33,023 bases of DNA from a virus (IMGVR_UViG_3300025508_000085:1-33023); one strand, 5' to 3'; shown: positions 1-8,754, numbered from the stretch's first letter. The notes: generated by a model from the letters alone, not told the origin. Numbers and translations: made by a program.

Positions 1-1
1 T

Positions 2-2053
2 GCTGCACTATTCAATAACGAATACAATCAAATTTTAAATGCTTTTAGCAACACATCAGGTCACGCACATGATGGTACTGCTGCTGAAGGTCCAGTGATT
101 GGTCTTATTGGTGATGCAGGAGAAACTTCTCCAAACAATAAAGTATTAATAGATACAACAAATAACTACATTGAGTTTTATGTACAAGTATCTAGTAGTC
201 CTGTACAACAGTTATACATAGCCGATGGTGCTATCATACCTGTTACAGATAACGATATAGATTTAGGTACTAGCTCTTTAGAGTTTAAAGACGGATACTT
301 TGATGGTACTCTTTATGCAGATGCTATTAACTTTAATGGTACAGCCATTACATCGACTGCAGCAGAACTAAACATATTAGATGGTGTTACAGCTAGTGCA
401 ACCGATATAAACCTTATAGATGGTATAACTAACGGAACTGTCATAGCTAGTAAAGCTATTATCACAGATTCAAATAAAGATATTACTGGTGGACGAAACA
501 TCACAATCTCCGGAGAACTTGATGCTGCTACCTTAGATATTAGTGGTGATGCAGATATTGACGGAACTTTAGAAGCCGATGCAATTACAATAGCAGGTGT
601 AACGTTAGCAGAAACAATTAGTGATACTGTAGGAGCTATGGTTGGTTCTAATACTGAAACAGGTATATCTGTAACTTACGATGATTCAGATAATACATTA
701 GACTTTGTAATTGGTGCTGACTCTATTGTTAGTTCAATGCTTGATACTAACATAGATATTGCAGGTACGTTAGATGTTACTGGTGTTTTAACAGCAGATA
801 CTAACGCTACTGTTGCAGGAACATTAGGTGTTGCTGGTGGCTCTACAAATGGAGTAGCAATATCTCAGGGTGCTATAGCAATTAAAAACGGTGGTACACA
901 GTCTTATGTAGATTTTTATTGTGAATCATCTAATGCTCATTATACTAGACTACAAGCTGCAGCCCACAGTGCATACTCAGGAAACGTTACAGCTACTTTA
1001 CCTGTTACAACAGGAACGTTAGCAATAACCTCTGAAATACCAACCACTGAACAAATACAAGATATTGTTGGAGCTATGGTTAGTTCTAACACAGAAACAA
1101 ACGTAACAGTAACTTATCAAGATTCTGATGGTACTCTTGATTTTGTTGTTGATGCAGCCCAGCCTAACGTAACAAGTCTTGGTACTCTTACATCTTTAAC
1201 AGTTGATGATGTAATTATTAATGGTGCAACTATTGGACATACAAGTGACACTGATTTAATAACTGTAGCTAGTGGTGTTGTAACTGTAGCAGGAGAAGTA
1301 GATGCTACTAGTTTAGATATTTCAGGTGATGCAGACATTGATGGTACACTAGAAGCTGATGCTATAACTATTGGTGGTGTTACACTAGCCGAAACTATAT
1401 CTGATACAGTGGGTGCTATGGTAACAAGTAATACTGAATCAGGAATTACAGTTGCTTATCAAGATGCTGACAACACACTAGACTTTACAATTGGTACACT
1501 TAACCAAGATACTACAGGTACTGCTGCTGTTGCAACTACAGTTACGATAACAGACAACGAAAGTACAAACGAAGAAAATGCTGTTGTATTTACAGCAGGT
1601 GGTGATGTAGACGGTGGTAATTTAGGTTTAGAGTCAGATGGTAATTTAACTTATAATCCAAGTTCAGGAACACTAACTGCAACAGCTTTTGCAGGAGCAC
1701 TTACAGGTAACGTAACAGGAAACGCTTCAGGAACTGCAGCAACAGTTACAGGTGCAGCACAATCAAATATTACAAGTCTTGGTACGCTTACAACTCTTAC
1801 TGTTGATAATGTAATAGTTAATGGTACAACAATAGGGCATACAGACGATACAGATTTAATGACTCTTGCTGATGGAGTATTAACAGTAGCAGGTGAAGTT
1901 TCAATGACTACACTTGATATAGGTGGTACAAATGTAACATCCACAGCAGCAGAATTAAACTTTAGTGATGGAGTAACTTCCAACATACAAACCCAGCTTG
2001 ATACAAAAGCTACAACAGGTAAAGCTATTGCTATGGCTTTAGTCTTTGGATAA
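2..2053 (+). CDS. Tail fibre / tail spike-like protein (5' end lies outside the window)
   Basis: The frame is open from base 2 (AALFNNEYNQILNAFSNTSGHAHDGTAAEGPVIG...), so the track start at 95 is internal. The protein is T/G/D/A-rich with beta-type repeats, TSTAAELN(I/F)xDGVT motifs, internal duplications and the C-terminus GKAIAMALVFG typical of marine phage fibres. Confidence 0.75.
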   Translation, partial: AALFNNEYNQILNAFSNTSGHAHDGTAAEGPVIGLIGDAGETSPNNKVLIDTTNNYIEFYVQVSSSPVQQLYIADGAIIPVTDNDIDLGTSSLEFKDGYFDGTLYADAINFNGTAITSTAAELNILDGVTASATDINLIDGITNGTVIASKAIITDSNKDITGGRNITISGELDAATLDISGDADIDGTLEADAITIAGVTLAETISDTVGAMVGSNTETGISVTYDDSDNTLDFVIGADSIVSSMLDTNIDIAGTLDVTGVLTADTNATVAGTLGVAGGSTNGVAISQGAIAIKNGGTQSYVDFYCESSNAHYTRLQAAAHSAYSGNVTATLPVTTGTLAITSEIPTTEQIQDIVGAMVSSNTETNVTVTYQDSDGTLDFVVDAAQPNVTSLGTLTSLTVDDVIINGATIGHTSDTDLITVASGVVTVAGEVDATSLDISGDADIDGTLEADAITIGGVTLAETISDTVGAMVTSNTESGITVAYQDADNTLDFTIGTLNQDTTGTAAVATTVTITDNESTNEENAVVFTAGGDVDGGNLGLESDGNLTYNPSSGTLTATAFAGALTGNVTGNASGTAATVTGAAQSNITSLGTLTTLTVDNVIVNGTTIGHTDDTDLMTLADGVLTVAGEVSMTTLDIGGTNVTSTAAELNFSDGVTSNIQTQLDTKATTGKAIAMALVFG
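512..1495 (+). repeat. Internal duplication in the fibre gene (~512-715 and ~1292-1495, offset 780 bp)
   Basis: The block GE(L/V)DA(A/T)(T/S)LDISGDADIDGTLEADAITI(A/G)GVTLAETISDTVGAMV..NTE.GI.V.Y.D.DNTLDF occurs twice. A second block, AQ.N.TSLGTLT.LTVD.VI.NG.TIGHT.DTDL, also occurs twice. Confidence 0.85.
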
Positions 2054-2067
2054 TATAGGAGAAGAAA

Positions 2068-2433
2068 ATGGCAAACCCTAACTTAGTAGCAGTAACTTCC
2101 ATATACGGGAATAGTATAAACGGAGCTTTAACTACTACTACAACAACTGATTTATTAACTTGTGCAAGTAATAAATTATTAAAAGTAAACAGCATTATTG
2201 TAGCTAATATTGATGGTACAAACTCTGCTACTGTAACAATGGGCATCATTAAAAGTGGTGGCTCAGTAGTTTTGTTTGCATCAACAATTGCTGTTCCAGC
2301 AGATGCTACTCTTGTTTTAATAGATAAAAACTCAAGTATTTATCTTGAAGAAGGAGACATCTTAGAAGGTGGTGCAAGTGCAAACTCAGACTTAACTTAC
2401 ACTATTAGCTACGAAGAACTAGACGACGCTTAA
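2068..2433 (+). CDS. Small tail-associated beta protein (121 aa)
   Basis: GGAGA RBS; lies directly after the fibre gene; beta-rich composition. Function is inferred from context only. Confidence 0.55.
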   Translation: MANPNLVAVTSIYGNSINGALTTTTTTDLLTCASNKLLKVNSIIVANIDGTNSATVTMGIIKSGGSVVLFASTIAVPADATLVLIDKNSSIYLEEGDILEGGASANSDLTYTISYEELDDA

Positions 2434-2452
2434 TTTTAGGAGATATTTAACA

Positions 2453-2911
2453 ATGGCTCATTTTGCAGAACTTAACTCAAGTAATGAAGTATTACGAGTA
2501 ATCGTAATATCTAATGAAGATGTAGATTCCAACGGTGGAGATTTACACGCAGATGCAGAAACATTTGTAGCATCTGTTGTTCCACATTCAACAAGCGGAG
2601 CAAGTTGGAAACAAACTTCATACAATAACAATTTTAGAAAACAATACGCAGGTGTTGGTTATACTTATAACGCATCTAAAAATAAATTTATTTCTATAAA
2701 GCCTTTTGTTTCTTGGTCTTTAGATAGCAATGATGATTGGCAAGCACCAGTTACTTATCCAAGTGTTACAGAAATAAGTTCTAATCTTGTTTTAATATCT
2801 TGGGATGAAGATAATCAAAAATGGTTGGGTAAAACCTATACAGGTGATGATGGAGAAACTATAACTAACTACGAATGGGATGCTACTAATACTCAATGGA
2901 ATGAGGTTTAA
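2453..2911 (+). CDS. Conserved phage protein (MAHFAEL... family), possible fibre/adhesin assembly factor
   Basis: AGGAG RBS; motifs WKQTSYNNNFRKQYAGVGYTY and PFVSW...WQAPV.YP...WDE. This is a type commonly seen beside glycine-rich phage proteins. Confidence 0.55.
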   Translation: MAHFAELNSSNEVLRVIVISNEDVDSNGGDLHADAETFVASVVPHSTSGASWKQTSYNNNFRKQYAGVGYTYNASKNKFISIKPFVSWSLDSNDDWQAPVTYPSVTEISSNLVLISWDEDNQKWLGKTYTGDDGETITNYEWDATNTQWNEV

Positions 2912-2913
2912 TC

Positions 2914-3834
2914 GTGGCTGACCTTAATGGTGGAATTATAGGCGTAGATAACCCAACTGCAACTCAAGCTGCAAGAACCTCTACATTTAATTCAAGCGGT
3001 ACTTTTACAGCACAAGCAGCATCTAGCAAAGCAGATATTCTTATTATTGCTGGCGGTGGTGGTGGTGCAGGACAGCTTGGCGGAGGTGGTGGTGCAGGTG
3101 GTTATCGAGAAATATCAGACCATCCAATACCAACAAGTGATGTGCCTGTAACTATAGGAGCAGGTGGCACAGGAGCAACCTCTGTTACAAGAGGAGCAGA
3201 TGGTAATAACACAGTTTTTGGTGCAAGTTCTCCACTAACATCTACAGCAGGTGGTGGCGGAGGTAGAGGAAATAACCCTGACCCCGCAGGAACATCAAAA
3301 TCTGGTAGGTCAGGTGGTTCAGGTGGTGGTGGCTATTTTAATGCTGGAGGTGGTGCAGGTAATACTCCTCCCACAAGTCCTCCACAGGGTAATGCTGGTG
3401 GAGCAGGTGCTACTGCTGCTGGAGTACCGGGCGAAGAAGATTCAGGTGGTGGTGGTGGTGCTAGTGCTGCTGGAGCAGATGGTTCTGCTGATGGTGGTGG
3501 TAATGGCGGAGCAGGTTCACCTTCAACAATTTCAGGCTCAGATGTCACAAGAGGAGGTGGTGGCGGTGGTGGAGGATTTTTTCCTGCAACACAATCATCA
3601 GGCGGTGCTGGTGGCGGAGGAGCAGGTGGTGCTGGTCCTACTGGAACTGGTGTAGCTGGAACAGCTAATACAGGTGGTGGTGGCGGTGGTTCAAGTTATA
3701 ATTTTCCTGAACGACATGGAGGAGATGGTGGTTCAGGCGTTGTAATTGTAAGAGAAAACGCAGTAACTACTGCATCAGGTATGTGGAGTATAGGTGCAGT
3801 TTATGAAAATGTAAAAGCAGGAACATGGGTGTAA
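2914..3834 (+). CDS. Glycine-rich domain protein 1 (polyglycine-II bundle, adhesin-like)
   Basis: GTG start with GAGG RBS; F(N)SSGTF, IIAGGGGG, GGGGAGG, ANTGGGGGG and GGSGVVIV hallmark motifs; Pro-rich loop NTPPTSPPQG. Confidence 0.75.
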   Translation: MADLNGGIIGVDNPTATQAARTSTFNSSGTFTAQAASSKADILIIAGGGGGAGQLGGGGGAGGYREISDHPIPTSDVPVTIGAGGTGATSVTRGADGNNTVFGASSPLTSTAGGGGGRGNNPDPAGTSKSGRSGGSGGGGYFNAGGGAGNTPPTSPPQGNAGGAGATAAGVPGEEDSGGGGGASAAGADGSADGGGNGGAGSPSTISGSDVTRGGGGGGGGFFPATQSSGGAGGGGAGGAGPTGTGVAGTANTGGGGGGSSYNFPERHGGDGGSGVVIVRENAVTTASGMWSIGAVYENVKAGTWV

Positions 3835-3835
3835 T

Positions 3836-4768
3836 ATGCCAAGATTAATAGGATCAGCACAAACAGTAACAAATCAAGCAGAACAAATAACCACTTTTAA
3901 CTCTAGTGGAACTTTAACTACAGGAGCAATAACAACTGAACTTGAATACTTAGTTGTAGCAGGTGGTGCAGGTGGTGGCTCTCGTTTCGGTGGTGGCGGA
4001 GGAGCAGGTGGATTAAAAACTAATTTTGGCGGAACTCCAACACCAGTAAGTGGCAGCACTGGTTATGCAGTAACAATAGGAGCAGGTGGTGCAGGCGGTG
4101 TTGCTACTGGCGGTAGTTTTACTGGTGGAGCAGGCAATGGAACAAACGGAAGTAACTCAGTTTTAGCTGCGGGTTCTATTACTTCTACAGGTGGTGGAGG
4201 TGGTGGAGCAGGTGACAGTGAAGATGGTCTTAGCGGAGGTTCAGGTGGTGGCGGTGCAGGTAGATTTTCAACTTCAGGTGGTTCAGCATCTCCAGCAGGA
4301 CAAGGTAATGCAGGAGGAGCAGGTAGTGGTACTCCTTTAGGTGGCGATGTTTTCAGAGGAGCAGGTGGCGGTGGTGCAGGAGGAGCAGGTAGTGCTTCTA
4401 CAGGCACAGACAATACTGCAAATGGAGCAGGTGGCGTAGGCTCACCAAATTCAATAACTGGTTCTGCTGTTTTTTACGCAGGTGGTGGTGGCGGAGCAGG
4501 TGGAGCTACTGCTCAAAGCACTAACTCAGCAGGTGGTAATGGCGGTGGCGGAGATGGTTCATGCACAGGTGCAACTACAGGCTCTAATGGAACAGCCAAT
4601 AAAGGCGGTGGTGGTGGTGGAGGTGCATACATAGCACCTAGTAACCAAGTTGCAAAATCAGGTGGTTCAGGTGTTGTTATAATTAAAGAACCAGCGACTA
4701 AAGCAGCATCAAGTTGTTGGGATTTAAGACAAGTCTATAGACAAGTTAAAACCGATGATTGGGTATAA
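3836..4768 (+). CDS. Glycine-rich domain protein 2 (paralogue of 2914-3834)
   Basis: Same motif series (FNSSGTL, LVVAGGAGGG, YAGGGGG, ANKGGGGGG, GGSGVVII) and the same C-terminal W-x4-VY-x2-VK-x3-WV pattern. Confidence 0.75.
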   Translation: MPRLIGSAQTVTNQAEQITTFNSSGTLTTGAITTELEYLVVAGGAGGGSRFGGGGGAGGLKTNFGGTPTPVSGSTGYAVTIGAGGAGGVATGGSFTGGAGNGTNGSNSVLAAGSITSTGGGGGGAGDSEDGLSGGSGGGGAGRFSTSGGSASPAGQGNAGGAGSGTPLGGDVFRGAGGGGAGGAGSASTGTDNTANGAGGVGSPNSITGSAVFYAGGGGGAGGATAQSTNSAGGNGGGGDGSCTGATTGSNGTANKGGGGGGGAYIAPSNQVAKSGGSGVVIIKEPATKAASSCWDLRQVYRQVKTDDWV

Positions 4769-4788
4769 TTAAAATATATTTTTAATTT

Positions 4789-5409
4789 ATGAATCTAAAA
4801 TATTATTACTGGTACTTCCAGTCAGTTATACCCGAAAGAATATGTGATGATATTGTTCGTTATGGTAAAGAGCAAGACAAAGAAACGGCTCTTACAGGTG
4901 CTGCTAATAAAGATAATTTAACCAATTCAGAACTTAAAAATATTCAAAAGAAAAGAAAGTCTGATGTGGTATGGATGTCTGATAAGTGGATATACAAAGA
5001 AATACAACCTTACATATATCAAGCAAATGCAAATGCTGAATGGAATTTTGAATGGGATTGGTCAGAAGCTTGTCAGTTTACTGAATACAAAAAAGGTCAA
5101 TACTATGACTGGCATTGTGATTCATATACTGAACCTTTTAACGAACCAGAAGCACCAGAAAAACACAGTAAGATAAGAAAACTTAGTATGACTGTATCAC
5201 TAACCGACCCTGAAGAATACGAAGGTGGTGATTTAGAGTTTGATTTTAGAAACGAAGATGAAGCATCACAACCAAGAGTATGTGAAGAAATTAGAAAAAA
5301 AGGTAGTGTTATAGTTTTTCCTTCTTTTGTTTGGCATAGAGTCAAACCAGTAACCAAAGGAATACGACACTCTTTAGTATGTTGGAATTTAGGATACCCA
5401 TTTAGATGA
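4789..5409 (+). CDS. 2OG-Fe(II) oxygenase, prolyl-4-hydroxylase/PKHD-like
   Basis: HxD (WHCD), RKLSMTV, YEGGDLEF, distal His (FPSFVWHRV) and 2OG-binding RxS (RHSLVCW). Confidence 0.9.
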   Translation: MNLKYYYWYFQSVIPERICDDIVRYGKEQDKETALTGAANKDNLTNSELKNIQKKRKSDVVWMSDKWIYKEIQPYIYQANANAEWNFEWDWSEACQFTEYKKGQYYDWHCDSYTEPFNEPEAPEKHSKIRKLSMTVSLTDPEEYEGGDLEFDFRNEDEASQPRVCEEIRKKGSVIVFPSFVWHRVKPVTKGIRHSLVCWNLGYPFR

Positions 5410-6026
5410 GTTTTAAAAAAGATAAATACCAAGTAATTAAAGGTGTTGTATCAAAAGAACTAGCAGATTTTTGTTATCAATACTTTTTAAATAAAAGAAA
5501 AGTAGCAAGATATTTATTTGATGAAAAATATCTTTCACAGTTTACTGAATACTTTGGAGTTTGGAATGATACACAAATACCTGAAACGTATTCACATTAT
5601 AGTGATATCGTAATGGAAACTTTATTACAAAAAGTAAAACCTGTAATGGAAGAACAAGCAGAAATTAAACTGACTGAAACATATTCATACGCTAGAATTT
5701 ATAAAAAAGGTGATGAGTTAAAAAGACACAAAGATAGATACTCTTGTGAAATATCTACTACTTTAAATTTAGGTGGTGATGATTGGTCAATCTTTTTAGA
5801 ACCATCAGGTGAAAAAGGTAAAGACGGAATAGAGGTTAAACTTGAAGCCGGTGATATGTTAATGTATCGTGGTTGTGATTTAGAACATTGGAGAACACCT
5901 TTTGAAGGTGAAGATTGTGGACAGGTATTTTTACACTACAACGATGCAAGTGGTAAAGATGCTAAACAAAATAAATTTGACGGTAGACCCATGATAGGAT
6001 TACCAGCATACTTTAAAGGACTTTAA
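5406..6026 (+). CDS. 2OG-Fe(II) oxygenase superfamily protein (second type)
   Basis: ATGA overlap with the upstream gene; YSYARIY..GDEL.RHKDRYSCEISTTLNL (HxD), L.AGDMLMYRG and distal His EHWR. Confidence 0.8.
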   Translation: MSFKKDKYQVIKGVVSKELADFCYQYFLNKRKVARYLFDEKYLSQFTEYFGVWNDTQIPETYSHYSDIVMETLLQKVKPVMEEQAEIKLTETYSYARIYKKGDELKRHKDRYSCEISTTLNLGGDDWSIFLEPSGEKGKDGIEVKLEAGDMLMYRGCDLEHWRTPFEGEDCGQVFLHYNDASGKDAKQNKFDGRPMIGLPAYFKGL

Positions 6027-6027
6027 A

Positions 6028-6273
6028 ATGGAAATGGTATCACCTTACATTGTTTGGAATGTTTTAATAACTTTAGTGTTAGCTCCTATCTGGTTTCAGA
6101 TTAGACAAAACTCTTCAGAGCTTAAAAGACAAGACATACTCATTAATAAAACACGTGAAGAGATTGCAAAAGAGTATGTCACAAAACTAGAACTAAAAGA
6201 TGATTTTAATCTATTAATGGAAAGAATGGAAAAGTTACATGAAAAGGTTGACAAACTCTTTGAAGTTAAGTAA
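6028..6273 (+). CDS. Small membrane protein with coiled coil (81 aa)
   Basis: One hydrophobic N-terminal segment (YIVWNVLITLVLAPIWF) followed by a charged heptad region; AAGGA RBS. Confidence 0.6.
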   Translation: MEMVSPYIVWNVLITLVLAPIWFQIRQNSSELKRQDILINKTREEIAKEYVTKLELKDDFNLLMERMEKLHEKVDKLFEVK

Positions 6274-6276
6274 AAT
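6248..6276 (+). promoter_or_regulatory. sigma70-type promoter upstream of the internal virion gene cluster
   Basis: TTGACA (6248-6253), 17 bp spacer, TAAAAT (6271-6276); lies ~20 bp before the ATG at 6296. Confidence 0.7.
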
Positions 6277-6295
6277 AGGTATATAGGATTTAATA

Positions 6296-8749
6296 ATGGC
6301 AAAAAGAAGAAATAGAAAAAGAAGCGGTGGAATAGCTAGACAAGACTATACTCAAGGTGGTAGAGTTGGGTATCAGCGTGGAAAGGTTGTAGTAGATAGA
6401 GAAACTGGTGAAATTATAGAACCAAGAGAACCAGAACCAACGCCTGCACCTACACCAGCTCCAACAAATGCCGGTACAGGTGGAAATGCCGGTACAGGTG
6501 GAAATGCCGGTACAGGTGGAAATGCCGGTACAGGTGGAAATGCCGGTACAGGTGGAAATGCCGGTACAGGTGGAAATGCCGGTACAAGTGGAAATGCCGG
6601 TACAGGTGGAGGGGGAGATTCTGCTGAAACAGAAGAACAAAGAATAGCAAGAGAAGCTCAAGAAGCTCAAGACGAAAAAGATAGATTGGCAAAAGAAGAA
6701 GCTAGATTGGCTGAAGAAGCTAGATTGGCTGAAGAAGCTAGATTGGCTGAAGAAGCTAGATTGGCTGAAGAAGCTAGATTGGCAGCAGAAGAAGCTAGAT
6801 TGGCTTCTGCCCGTGCTCAAATGAAGAGAGATACTACTGCAGATAGAGAAAGGACTGCTCGTATTCAAGAGACTGCTGATACTATTACACAATCTGCACA
6901 AGGTGTTGTACCTGAGTCTGCGGTTATTCCCGATGCTGTTAAAGTTGGTGGAATGCAAAGAGATTCGGCTGGTAATCTTATATTAGACGAAGAAGGAAAT
7001 CCAATTCCAGTTGTTGCGGATAGTGTTGTAACGCAAATGGCTGCTATTCCAACAGCAGAAAAAGCAGGAGCAGATACTGTAAAGATTATAGGAGAGGACA
7101 GCGTTTTACAGCCAGAAGTTGTAGATACTGTTTCAGAGACCGAAATGGGAACAGCTTCTGGTCCAGCAGAGCCTATAACAGCCGGATCATTTACAGGAGA
7201 TCAGGTAGGTGTTAATGCTCAAGTAGATGCTGCACAGGGACAAATATCACAAAATGCTATTGCACAAGCTGCAGGGGTTGAACGTATAGACCCAACTCAA
7301 TCTGCAACCATTGAAATTAAAGAAGGTGCATTAACTGAAAGAGTTATAGGTACGTTAAGTGAAGGAGCCAAATCAACTGCTGCTATGAACGTAGGTAGTT
7401 CTTTATCACGTATTACAAGGGCTAAGAAACAACTAGCAAATGCTGGACTAAGTGATGCAGATATTACAGAGCTTGGTAATGACCCAGAAGCTTTAGAAGA
7501 TAGACTAGCAGACTTTAGTGAAGAACAACGAGGTATTATTGAAGGCTTACCACAAGAAGCATTAGTATCTAATCAGCTAGATAGTTTATTAAGTGGTATT
7601 GAAGAAGGTGAAATTCCTGCATGGGCAAGACCTGCTGTTGCATCAGTAGAATCTATGTTAGCTCAACGTGGTATGGAAGCTTCAACTGTAGGTAGAGATG
7701 CCTTGTTCAATGCTATTATAACATCAGCTATGCCGATGGCTCAGTCTAATGCACAAGCGATACAAGCTAGTGTTGGACAACAAAGAACTATCGAAGCTCA
7801 AGAATCTGAAGCTAACGCTGCAAGAGTACAACAGACAGCACTAACAAATGCCAGTAACGTTTTTCAAATGGATATGGCTCAGTTTAGTTCTGACCAGCAG
7901 ATAGCACTTTCTAATAGTAAGTTTTTACAAACTGTAAGTATTACAGATGCTACAATGAATCAACAAACTATTATACAAGATGCAGCATTGATGTCTCAGG
8001 CTAATTTAACTGAAGCAGACTTTAATCAAAAAGCTCAAATACAAAATTCTCAAGCATTCTTACAAATGGATTTAACTAATCTAAGTAATGAACAACAATC
8101 AAATGTATTAAAAGCTCAACAAAATCAACAACGTTTGTTAAGTAATCAAGCTTCTACTAACGCATCGTTGCAGTTTAACGCTGCAAGTAAAAATCAAACT
8201 AATCAGTTTATGGCTAATCTTAATGCACAAATAAGTCAGTACAATGCTTCTCAAAAAAATGCAATGGCACAGTTTAATTCTACACAAGAAAACGCTGCTA
8301 CAGCCAGAGAAGCCCAAAGAGTTGCTGATGTTGCAAAATTTAATGCTCAACTAACTACACAAGTAGATCAGTTTAATGCTCAACAAGATTTTGCAAGGAA
8401 TCAATGGAATGCACAGAACGCTGCTGCTGTTGAAGCTTCTAATGTTCAATGGAGAAGACAGGCTAACACAGTTAATACTGCTTCACAAAATCAAATTAAT
8501 ATGCAGAACGCACAAAACGCTTTTGGTTTGTCATCACAGTCTCAGTCGTTTTTATGGCAAGAACTAAGAGATCAAGCAGACTTTGATTTTAGAGCTTATG
8601 AAAATACACAAAACAGAAATGCACAAATCGTAGCTACTGCGTTAGCAAACGAAGGTAAAGCCGGTGAAAAGTACGATGACTATCTTACAAACTTAGTAAA
8701 TAGTTTAGGCACATCATATCAAGCTGGACTTTATGGATATGGAGGATAA
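6296..8749 (+). CDS. Putative internal virion / ejection protein (817 aa) with tandem repeats and Q/N/A-rich helical C-half
   Basis: Long ORF in the structural arm; basic N-terminus, PEPTPAPTPAP linker, NAGTGG and EEARLA repeats, and a long NQ(F)N/AQ-rich coiled coil. Confidence 0.6.
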   Translation: MAKRRNRKRSGGIARQDYTQGGRVGYQRGKVVVDRETGEIIEPREPEPTPAPTPAPTNAGTGGNAGTGGNAGTGGNAGTGGNAGTGGNAGTGGNAGTSGNAGTGGGGDSAETEEQRIAREAQEAQDEKDRLAKEEARLAEEARLAEEARLAEEARLAEEARLAAEEARLASARAQMKRDTTADRERTARIQETADTITQSAQGVVPESAVIPDAVKVGGMQRDSAGNLILDEEGNPIPVVADSVVTQMAAIPTAEKAGADTVKIIGEDSVLQPEVVDTVSETEMGTASGPAEPITAGSFTGDQVGVNAQVDAAQGQISQNAIAQAAGVERIDPTQSATIEIKEGALTERVIGTLSEGAKSTAAMNVGSSLSRITRAKKQLANAGLSDADITELGNDPEALEDRLADFSEEQRGIIEGLPQEALVSNQLDSLLSGIEEGEIPAWARPAVASVESMLAQRGMEASTVGRDALFNAIITSAMPMAQSNAQAIQASVGQQRTIEAQESEANAARVQQTALTNASNVFQMDMAQFSSDQQIALSNSKFLQTVSITDATMNQQTIIQDAALMSQANLTEADFNQKAQIQNSQAFLQMDLTNLSNEQQSNVLKAQQNQQRLLSNQASTNASLQFNAASKNQTNQFMANLNAQISQYNASQKNAMAQFNSTQENAATAREAQRVADVAKFNAQLTTQVDQFNAQQDFARNQWNAQNAAAVEASNVQWRRQANTVNTASQNQINMQNAQNAFGLSSQSQSFLWQELRDQADFDFRAYENTQNRNAQIVATALANEGKAGEKYDDYLTNLVNSLGTSYQAGLYGYGG
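6467..6610 (+). repeat. 8 x 18-bp tandem repeat AATGCCGGTACAGGTGGA (NAGTGG)
   Basis: Read directly; the copies are identical apart from one substitution in copy 7 (NAGTSG). Confidence 0.95.
6695..6805 (+). repeat. 6 x 18-bp tandem repeat GAAGAAGCTAGATTGGCT (EEARLA)
   Basis: Read directly: five contiguous copies, one extra Ala codon, then a sixth copy. Confidence 0.95.
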
Positions 8750-8754
8750 AGAGA

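Noticed and set aside
3251-4413. Val-rich alternative-frame and Pro-rich antisense ORFs over the Gly-rich genes
   Set aside because: Expected by-products of GGT/GGA codon runs.
6467-6805. Tandem repeats as a CRISPR array
   Set aside because: The units are contiguous 18-mers without spacers, in frame within a CDS, and there are no cas genes.
6290-6958. Antisense ORFs of 222 aa and 80 aa (TGISTC / HFHLYR repeats)
   Set aside because: Shadows of the stop-free repeat arrays on the opposite strand; no RBS or operon context.
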